From: Pyrinomonadaceae bacterium | GTDB lineage: Bacteria; Acidobacteriota; Blastocatellia; Pyrinomonadales; Pyrinomonadaceae | NCBI GenBank assembly: GCA_046313635.1 | Contig: JBKBYA010000001.1 | Span: forward strand, 703,471-767,470 | Direction of reading: 5' to 3' | Length of the DNA: 64,000 nucleotides | In this document: one piece after another, positions 57,083-64,000 of the stretch | Numbering within the stretch: the stretch's first letter is position 1 | How the letters are laid out: every line of letters begins with the position of its first letter | Notes under the pieces: model-generated | Seen by the model: the letters and a program-made list of their open reading frames with translations, nothing else | What the model was told of the DNA's origin: nothing | Databases searched by the model: none | Translations under genes and position numbers: made by a program

Positions 57083-59137
57083 TCAGCGAAGAGCAGGAAT
57101 GTCGCCTGAAGCCCCGAAGTAACGGTAATCGACCGTTCCGTCGCTGCTTCGCAGGATGTACCAGATGCCCGTCGACGGCCTGAAGACCGCAAGGTCCGTG
57201 ATCGTATCCGAGTCGAAGTTGCCCGCGACGGGAATGTCGCTCGACAACCCGAACTGCCGGATGTCGACGCCGCCGTCGATGGAACGCAGCGTGTACCAAA
57301 CGCCCGTCGACGGCCGGTAAACCGACACGTCTCCCGCGCCGTCGCCGTCGAAATCTCCGACGATCGGCACATCGCCCGACACACCGAACTGCACAGCACG
57401 AAACGCTCCGGTCTTGCTCTCGAGCCAGTACCAGACGCCCGTCGATCCGCGATAGACAGAGATGTCCGCGCGGCCGTCGCCGTCGAGATCGCTGACGACG
57501 GGAACGTCGCCGTTCATTCCAAACTGGACGATCGTGTTTCCGGTGCCGTTGCTGCGCTGGATGTACCAGACGCCGTTCGACGGCCTGAAGACCGCGATGT
57601 CGGCCGTGCCGTCACCGTCAAAATCGCCGCGAAGCGGAATGTCGCCCGGCAGTCCCCACTGCCTGGTCGTCAGCCCGCCGTCCGAGCTTCGCCGGATGAG
57701 CCACGTGCCGTCGCGATAAACGGCCGAGTCGGTCTTGCCGTCCGCATCAAAGTCGCCAGTGACCGGCACATCGCCCGGCTGGCCAATCGGCTGCACGGCG
57801 TAGCCGCTGTCGGTCTTCAGGTACCAACTGCCGTCGCTCGGGCGATAGACAGCTACATCGTCAATATCGGCGCCGCTGAATCCGCTCGGCCGGCTTCGCC
57901 CGCGGATCTGTCCGCGGATCTCGCCGTCGGGATGGTTCACCGAGCCGATCTGTACGTACCACAGTCCGCTGCGGAGCTGTGCGACCTGTTCCGCTGTGAC
58001 CGGGAAGGTCGCGGCGGGGAAGCGTCCCATCGTTCCGCCGATCGGGTCGATTGTGAATATCACCGGTCCGGTCTCGCCGGGCATCGCCGGGCCGTAGATC
58101 TTGGCCGTCGACTGCTCGCTCGACAAACGGACGAATCCGAGGTTGACCGTTACTTCTGTTTCGGCCGCGTTAAGAGCGACAAAGACCACGCCGCGGGCCT
58201 CGGTCTGCACCGCGGGAACGACCTGCCGGCCGTTCAGCCAGCCGCCAAAGAAGCGGTTTGGCCTTGGGCTCGGGTTTGGTGTCGGGCTTATCGTCGGCGT
58301 CGGGCTTGGCGGAGGCGGAACCTGGAATGTTCCCGAGAGTACGGTCGTCGAACCGTTCTTGACCGAGAGCATTGTTCCGGCCGTCACTGTCGGCACGGTG
58401 TCGCCATTCGCGGTCGATTTGCGGAGCCCGCCGTCGCCGTCGCTGTCGAGCGTGATCGTACCGACGGCCGCATCACCGACCATGACGGAGAGCTGTGTGC
58501 CGGCAGGCAGATGTACGCGGTCGACAAAGACGTTCAGCACGCGGTTAGCGGTGCCGAATTCGGCATACTGTCCGACGCCTCGCGGCATGATGCCGTCGAT
58601 CGTCGGGCCGCTGAGCGGAGCAAAAAATGCTGCCGACGGTGTCGGATAAGGCGTCCGCGTTGCGGTCGGGGACGGCGTCGGCGGCAGGATAAAGCTGCCG
58701 GACAGGATCGTCGTCGATCCGCTCTTTACGGCGAGCGCGGCTCCGGCATTGATGTTCGGCACGGTTTGTCCCATTCGTGTCGACAGTCTCAGAACGCCGT
58801 TGTGATACGTCGTAAGCCTGATCGTTCCGACAGCGGTGCCGTCGACAGTGACGTCAAGCACCGTCGCCGCCGGAAGATTCACATTGCCGACCGACACCTC
58901 CAGCGATCTGCCGAACGTGTCCGAGTAATACGAACCGCGTCCGCCCGGTGTGACGCCGCCGATTGGCGCACCGGTCAGCGGAGCAACAAGGAACGTCCCG
59001 GCCGTGCTCGTCTGAGCACTGGACGACCGCTCGCCAAAAAAGAAAGGCACGCCGACCGCCAGGGCAAATGCCAGAGCGACCGCGGCGAGCCTCCAGTAAC
59101 CGTTTGTGGAGACCTTTCGGTGGGTAAGTCCATTCAT
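57083..59137 (-). CDS. Secreted protein: two repeats of an unknown beta domain, CHRD domain, FG-GAP repeats
   Basis: 'LNGRQVVP.V...A.G', 'WYVQI.S..HPDGEIRGQI'; 'GDFDGDG' repeats. Confidence 0.85.
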   Translation of the reverse strand: MNGLTHRKVSTNGYWRLAAVALAFALAVGVPFFFGERSSSAQTSTAGTFLVAPLTGAPIGGVTPGGRGSYYSDTFGRSLEVSVGNVNLPAATVLDVTVDGTAVGTIRLTTYHNGVLRLSTRMGQTVPNINAGAALAVKSGSTTILSGSFILPPTPSPTATRTPYPTPSAAFFAPLSGPTIDGIMPRGVGQYAEFGTANRVLNVFVDRVHLPAGTQLSVMVGDAAVGTITLDSDGDGGLRKSTANGDTVPTVTAGTMLSVKNGSTTVLSGTFQVPPPPSPTPTISPTPNPSPRPNRFFGGWLNGRQVVPAVQTEARGVVFVALNAAETEVTVNLGFVRLSSEQSTAKIYGPAMPGETGPVIFTIDPIGGTMGRFPAATFPVTAEQVAQLRSGLWYVQIGSVNHPDGEIRGQIRGRSRPSGFSGADIDDVAVYRPSDGSWYLKTDSGYAVQPIGQPGDVPVTGDFDADGKTDSAVYRDGTWLIRRSSDGGLTTRQWGLPGDIPLRGDFDGDGTADIAVFRPSNGVWYIQRSNGTGNTIVQFGMNGDVPVVSDLDGDGRADISVYRGSTGVWYWLESKTGAFRAVQFGVSGDVPIVGDFDGDGAGDVSVYRPSTGVWYTLRSIDGGVDIRQFGLSSDIPVAGNFDSDTITDLAVFRPSTGIWYILRSSDGTVDYRYFGASGDIPALR

Positions 59138-59344
59138 TACAGTTTCCTCGCAACTATCATTATTCGAATAACTGCGTGAGAGACACGAGACAATTTATAG
59201 GGGTTCCTCCGCTTTTGACGCGCTCGGTCGGGTGGCGGCCGAGAAATTCTTTTGGTGGATGGCGCGTTTATACAACGAATAAGCGGCGCGTTTCAATGAC
59301 CGCGCCGCAGTGTGGCTGGTGAAAGTGACCGCGTGCCGGCGAGA

Positions 59345-60268
59345 TCAGCCGGCCGCCGGCTTGGCGCCGGCCTCAAGCGCGGCCTTGATCTCGCGCATTA
59401 GGTCCGCGTTGGTCCAGTCGTTTCCCGAAAAGACCGCCGCGACCTTGCCTGCCGGATCGATCACGATCGTCCGCAGCGAATGGTTGAACTGGGCCTTGTC
59501 GTTCTGGTCGACCTCGTACCGCAGGCCGTAAAAGTCCGCGATCTTGCGCACCTCGGCATCTGGTCCGACGGCGAGCTGCCAGATCGTGAAATCCGGCTTC
59601 GAGTTCTGGCCGAGATATCCCGCTCCGTATTGTTTGAGCTTCTCCGGCGTGTCGCGGCCCGGGTCGAACGAGATGCTCAGGAGTCTAACTCGGTCTTTCA
59701 GTGCTGCGTCGTCCTTTAACTGGTTTGCAAGGTCGCTGAAATTCCGGGACATCTTGATGCAGTACTCGGGCAAAGGGCATTCGCGATAGATGAAAGTGAT
59801 CGCGACCGCCTTGCCGCGAAAGTCGCGCAGCGAGATCTTTTGACCGTTTTGATTAGTGAGCGTGAAGTCCGGTGCCTCGCGGCCGAGCTGCGCAAAGCGC
59901 TCGTTGACCGGCGGCGCGGGCTGATTCGGATCGGGCGCGGCGACGATCGCGACGTTCTCGATCCAATACGGGTCCTTGGCCGCGTTGTCGACGACGAGCT
60001 CGCCGTGGATCTCGGCGCCGGGCTTGAGCTCGTCCCAGGCCCAATCGGCGCGGATCGGGAACTCCATCGTCATCGCGTCCATAAACCCGGGAATGTCCTT
60101 GTGATCGATCGTCGCTTTTTTCGCGGCTCGGTCGACCGAGACGATCTTGCCCTGGATCGGGTAACGCTTGGCATTTGCGGACGCGTTGGCGTCGGTACCT
60201 GTCGACGCGCGGCCGCCGCAGCCGGCTATCAGTAAAGAAAGGATGGCAAGCAAAATAAACTTGTACAT
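59345..60268 (-). CDS. SCO family lipoprotein with CusF-like copper-binding domain
   Basis: Lipobox IAGC; 'HKDIPGFMDAMTMEF'; 'FIYRECPLPEYC'; 'FNHS'. Confidence 0.9.
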   Translation of the reverse strand: MYKFILLAILSLLIAGCGGRASTGTDANASANAKRYPIQGKIVSVDRAAKKATIDHKDIPGFMDAMTMEFPIRADWAWDELKPGAEIHGELVVDNAAKDPYWIENVAIVAAPDPNQPAPPVNERFAQLGREAPDFTLTNQNGQKISLRDFRGKAVAITFIYRECPLPEYCIKMSRNFSDLANQLKDDAALKDRVRLLSISFDPGRDTPEKLKQYGAGYLGQNSKPDFTIWQLAVGPDAEVRKIADFYGLRYEVDQNDKAQFNHSLRTIVIDPAGKVAAVFSGNDWTNADLMREIKAALEAGAKPAAG

Positions 60269-60403
60269 ATTAGTTCGCGGAGCGGAGGCCGAATGTCCGC
60301 CGCCCGCTCATCCGTAAGGTATTGCATCGGACGACGCAATTCAAAGACGGCCCCGCGTTTAACCGGGCCGCGCGATCTGGGGTACAATCGTCTCGTCTCA
60401 TCT

Positions 60404-61336
60404 ATGCCCGCAAACATCCTGCAAGGAAAACCGATCGCCGACAGCATCAAGTCGGAAGTCGCGGCCGAGGTCGCAGAGCTCCGCGAGAGCCACGGCATCA
60501 CGCCGTGCCTGACCGTCGTCCGCATCGGCGAAGACCCCGCGTCGGCCGTCTACGTCGGCAGCAAGGTCAGGACCGCCGCCGAGATCGGGATGATCTCCGA
60601 AGAGATCCACCGCCCGGCCGAGACCGGCCACGCCGAGGTGCTCGCGATCGTCGACGAGCTGAACGCACGCGACGATGTCGACGGCATTCTCGTCCAGCTG
60701 CCGCTGCCAAAGCATGTCGGCGAACGCGAGATCCTCGAGCGCATCGATCCGCTCAAGGATGTCGATGGTTTTCATCCGATCAACGCAGGCCGCCTGATGC
60801 AGGGTCACGATGCGCTCGTGCCGTGCACGCCGGCAGGCGTGATCGAGGTTTTGAAAAGATCGAACATCGAGATCGCCAGCCGCCACGCCGTCGTCGTCGG
60901 CCGCAGCAATATCGTCGGCAAGCCGATGGCGATGCTCCTGCTGCACGAGAACGCGACGGTCACTGTCTGCCATTCGCGGACGAAGGATCTGCCCGAGATC
61001 ACCAGGCAGGCCGACATCCTCGTCGCCGCGATCGGCCGCGCGGGATTCATCCGCGGCGAGCACATCGGCGAAGGCGCGACGGTAGTGGACGTCGGGATCA
61101 ACTCGGTTTCTGATCCGGCGATGGCGAGAGAGCTTTTTGGCGAAGATCTCGACAAGCGCCTTGCGACCATCGAAAAGCGCGGCTCGACGCTCGTCGGCGA
61201 CGTCAATCCAAAAGAAGCGATCGAAAAGGCCGCGAACTTCACACCCGTTCCCGGCGGCATCGGCCTGCTCACCGTCGCCATGCTGATGAAGAACACGGTC
61301 AGGGCGGCGAGGAGAAGGGTTAGTGGTGAGGTGTGA
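60404..61336 (+). CDS. folD: Methylene-THF dehydrogenase/cyclohydrolase
   Basis: 'GILVQLPLP', 'KDVDGFHP', 'GRSNIVGKP', 'TPVPGGIG'. Confidence 0.97.
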   Translation: MPANILQGKPIADSIKSEVAAEVAELRESHGITPCLTVVRIGEDPASAVYVGSKVRTAAEIGMISEEIHRPAETGHAEVLAIVDELNARDDVDGILVQLPLPKHVGEREILERIDPLKDVDGFHPINAGRLMQGHDALVPCTPAGVIEVLKRSNIEIASRHAVVVGRSNIVGKPMAMLLLHENATVTVCHSRTKDLPEITRQADILVAAIGRAGFIRGEHIGEGATVVDVGINSVSDPAMARELFGEDLDKRLATIEKRGSTLVGDVNPKEAIEKAANFTPVPGGIGLLTVAMLMKNTVRAARRRVSGEV

Positions 61337-61473
61337 GTGGTGAGTGGCGCGGTAAACGGTAAGCGGTAAATGCTAAGTGGTAAATGAAAGAAATCAGATC
61401 GCATCGGCACCGTTTGCTATTTACCGTTTACCGCTTACCTTTTACCGTTCATGACTCACCACTCACCACTAGT
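61321..61473. repeat. Nested inverted 7-bp tandem-repeat element
   Basis: (GAGTGGT)n (CGGTAAR)n, spacer, (NTTTACC)n (ACTCACC)n. Confidence 0.85.
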
Positions 61474-61479
61474 AAGACT

Positions 61480-61779
61480 ATGAACTTCGACGACTATCAA
61501 TCACAGGCGAGCCAGACGGCTCTTTATCCGCGGCGGATGGAGAATCTCGAGTACCCGACGCTCGGTCTCGCGGGCGAGGCTGGCGAGGTCGCGAACATCG
61601 TCAAAAAGATCCAGCGCGATCACGGCGGCGTCGTGACCGACGAGGTGCGGGGAAAATTAAAGGACGAGCTTGGCGACGTGCTCTGGTACATCTCTGCCTG
61701 CGCGGACGAGCTCGGGCTCAAGCTCGGCGACATCGCCGAGTACAACATCGACAAGCTCGCCAAGCGGCACAGCCGGTAG
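61480..61779 (+). CDS. MazG-like NTP pyrophosphohydrolase
   Basis: 'LGLAGEAGEV', 'ELGDVLWY', 'NIDKLAKR'. Confidence 0.9.
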   Translation: MNFDDYQSQASQTALYPRRMENLEYPTLGLAGEAGEVANIVKKIQRDHGGVVTDEVRGKLKDELGDVLWYISACADELGLKLGDIAEYNIDKLAKRHSR

Positions 61780-61827
61780 CGACTGCGCCGGGCGTCGCGT
61801 TGCGGGCGACTGTTTGAGAATTCGATT

Positions 61828-62433
61828 GTGCTCAAGGTAGGACTGACAGGTTCGATCGCGGTCGGCAAGACGCACGTTTGCGAGGTCTTTCGCGAGCTCG
61901 GCTTTCATGTGCTCGACGCCGACGTGACGGCGAGAGAGGTAGTAGAGCCGGGAACGCCGGGTCTGGCGGCCGTCGTCGATGAATTTGGCAGCGAGATCCT
62001 CACCGCCGACGGTTCGCTCGATCGGGCCAAGCTCGGTGCGATCGTCTTTGCCGATGCGGCCAAAAGACAGCGGCTTAACTCGATCGTGCATCCTCTCGTG
62101 ATAGAGGCCCAAGACCGCTGGCTCGCCGATGTCGAGGCGACAGATCCGCACGGCGTGGCGATCGTCGACGCGGCGCTGATGATCGAGTCGGGCGGCTGCA
62201 AGCGGTTTGACAAACTGATCGTCGTTTGGTGCCGGCCCGAGATACAGCTCGAGAGGCTGATGCGTCGAAACGGTCTGAGCGAGGACGAGGCCCGACGTCG
62301 CATCGCCGCCCAGATGCCGCAAGAAGAAAAGATGAAATTCGCCGACTTCCTGATCGACACCTCGGGCAGTGCTGACGAGACCCGCCGCCGGATACTGGAA
62401 GTCGCCGAGCGATTAAGACTGTTAAGCGACTGA
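61828..62433 (+). CDS. coaE: Dephospho-CoA kinase
   Basis: 'GLTGSIAVGKT', 'LDAD', 'LDRAKLG.IVF', 'IVHPLV'. Confidence 0.95.
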   Translation: MLKVGLTGSIAVGKTHVCEVFRELGFHVLDADVTAREVVEPGTPGLAAVVDEFGSEILTADGSLDRAKLGAIVFADAAKRQRLNSIVHPLVIEAQDRWLADVEATDPHGVAIVDAALMIESGGCKRFDKLIVVWCRPEIQLERLMRRNGLSEDEARRRIAAQMPQEEKMKFADFLIDTSGSADETRRRILEVAERLRLLSD

Positions 62434-62440
62434 ACTGTCG

Positions 62441-64000
62441 ATGCACTCTTCCCCGCAGATGGACCTTCGCCGGACGCGCCGCTTTACGGCGGCGCTCGTC
62501 GCCTGCACGCTCGCCTCGGCGCTGCTGGCGGGCGGCTGCGGACGGTCCGGCGGCGTCGAGACCAACAGCTACTTTTCGGCCGCGCAGCCGCCGGCGAGAG
62601 AGGAGTTTCGATGGAGCAACGGCCGAGCCCCAAAGAGCTTTGATCCGGCGCTCGCCTCGGCTCCGCCGGAGACCGATGTCGTTCGCGCGATCTTTGAAGG
62701 GCTGACCGAGCTCGACCCCGAGACTCTAGAGGCGATGCCGGCCGTGGCCGAGAGCTGGAGCTCGTCGACGGACTTTCGGGTTTGGACGTTCAAGCTGCGC
62801 GGCGATGCAAGATGGACGAATGGCGAGCCGGTCACGGCACATGATTTCGTTCGTTCGTGGCGCCGGCTTGCCGATCTCGGCGAGGCCGGGCCGTTCCAGC
62901 GCCTGAGGTCAAACATCGTCGGAATGCGCTCGCGGCCGGCCGGTCCCGCCGCGGCGGAGACGACGCCTTCGCCCACGCCGGAACCTGACGCCGCGGAGCA
63001 GGAGACGGCATCGTCGCCCGCGACAGGTGCGGGGTCGCCCACGCCCGGCGACCGGCCGGATGACCAAAAGACAAATGCCGCCGCTGATGCCGAGTTCGGC
63101 GTCGCCGCGCGCGGCGATCTGATCCTCGAGGTCAGGCTGCTGATCGGCGACCCAGATCTGCCGCGTCTGGTCGCTCATCCGGTATTTCGCCCGGTACACG
63201 GCCGGTCCGACCTCGCGTCCGGTGCCTCGCCGGAGCGCATCGTGACAAACGGCGCGTACCGCATCGCGAGCGCCGGCCCCGACGGTGTCGTGCTCGAGCG
63301 CTCGCCCGTTTATTGGGACCGCGACTCGGTGCGGCTCGCAACCGTCAGGCTCGTGCCGCACAGCGATGCGAGCGACGCTCTCGACGAGTACAAGGCCGGC
63401 AGGCTCGACGCCGTCACCAATGCCGAATTTGAGCCGCTCGCGCTCAAGCTGCTTTCGCCCTACGAGGACTTTAGGCGCGTCACGCACGCGGCGATAAACC
63501 TTTACGAATTCAACACACAAAAGGCGCCCTTCAGCGACCGCCGCGTCCGCCGAGCGCTCGCGATCGCGATCGAGCGCGAACGCCTTGCCGAGGGCGAGCT
63601 CGAGGGCTCGGTGCGGCCGGCCTTACGCTACTTGCCATTCGGCGGCGAGACGGGCGTCGGGATAATTCAGGACGCTGCGGAAGCCAAACGGCTGCTTGCC
63701 GACGCGGGCTATCCAGAGGGCGAGGGCTTTCCGCAGGTCAAGCTCGTCGTCAACCGCAACGAGACGCAGCAGCGCATCGCGCGGCTCGTCGCGAGAATGT
63801 GGAAGGAGAGCCTCGGGATAAGCTCGATAGTCGAAGTGCGCGAGTCGGGCGAAATGGAAGCCGTCCGCGAGTCGGGCGACTACGACCTGATCCGGCGGGG
63901 CGTCGTTTACCCGACGTCAGACGCGGCGGCAAATCTTCGTTCGCTCTTTGACTACAGCTACGCCGCGGTGATCGCACGACGCGAGGCCGAGATCGAGGCC
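62441..64000 (+). CDS. Peptide ABC transporter substrate-binding lipoprotein (OppA-like), runs off the window end
   Basis: Translated by hand: lipobox LAGGC, 'PKSFDPA', 'IFEGL', 'PAVAESW', 'WTNGEPVTAHDF'. Confidence 0.85.
   Translation, partial: MHSSPQMDLRRTRRFTAALVACTLASALLAGGCGRSGGVETNSYFSAAQPPAREEFRWSNGRAPKSFDPALASAPPETDVVRAIFEGLTELDPETLEAMPAVAESWSSSTDFRVWTFKLRGDARWTNGEPVTAHDFVRSWRRLADLGEAGPFQRLRSNIVGMRSRPAGPAAAETTPSPTPEPDAAEQETASSPATGAGSPTPGDRPDDQKTNAAADAEFGVAARGDLILEVRLLIGDPDLPRLVAHPVFRPVHGRSDLASGASPERIVTNGAYRIASAGPDGVVLERSPVYWDRDSVRLATVRLVPHSDASDALDEYKAGRLDAVTNAEFEPLALKLLSPYEDFRRVTHAAINLYEFNTQKAPFSDRRVRRALAIAIERERLAEGELEGSVRPALRYLPFGGETGVGIIQDAAEAKRLLADAGYPEGEGFPQVKLVVNRNETQQRIARLVARMWKESLGISSIVEVRESGEMEAVRESGDYDLIRRGVVYPTSDAAANLRSLFDYSYAAVIARREAEIEA

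Overview
GC-rich bacterial chromosomal window. Gene content and protein style (FG-GAP proteins, several TonB C-terminal-domain proteins, futalosine genes, glycine-zipper peptides) suggest Acidobacteriota, probably Blastocatellia/Pyrinomonadaceae; this is inference. Most of it is housekeeping: rsmE, split hldE halves, cmk, ltaE, rpiB, larB, ubiX, mqnD, plsC, miaA-hfq-tmk-holB, ispG-rseP-dxr, hisS, murJ, dacB, ogg, folD, coaE, an oppA-like gene and tRNA-His/tRNA-Arg. The most unusual locus is 32.9-35.3 kb. It holds a decayed integron (an attI-like site, an intI with three clustered lesions, and a probable cassette remnant fused to DUF2905), followed directly by an R.HinP1I-like restriction endonuclease that has a Sec-type signal peptide and no adjacent methyltransferase, i.e. 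an apparently exported orphan REase. Other features: about seven short-tandem-repeat elements (7, 8 or 9 bp periods, mostly with inverted arms), one of them in frame inside hisS; REP doublets; three small ORFs not called as separate ORFs in the track; a pair of glycine-zipper peptide genes, one with a sigma54-type promoter, lying between an AAA+ gene and a vWA gene; an orphan DNA methyltransferase; and a toxin-first PIN module. All family assignments come from motif recognition by eye, not database searches.
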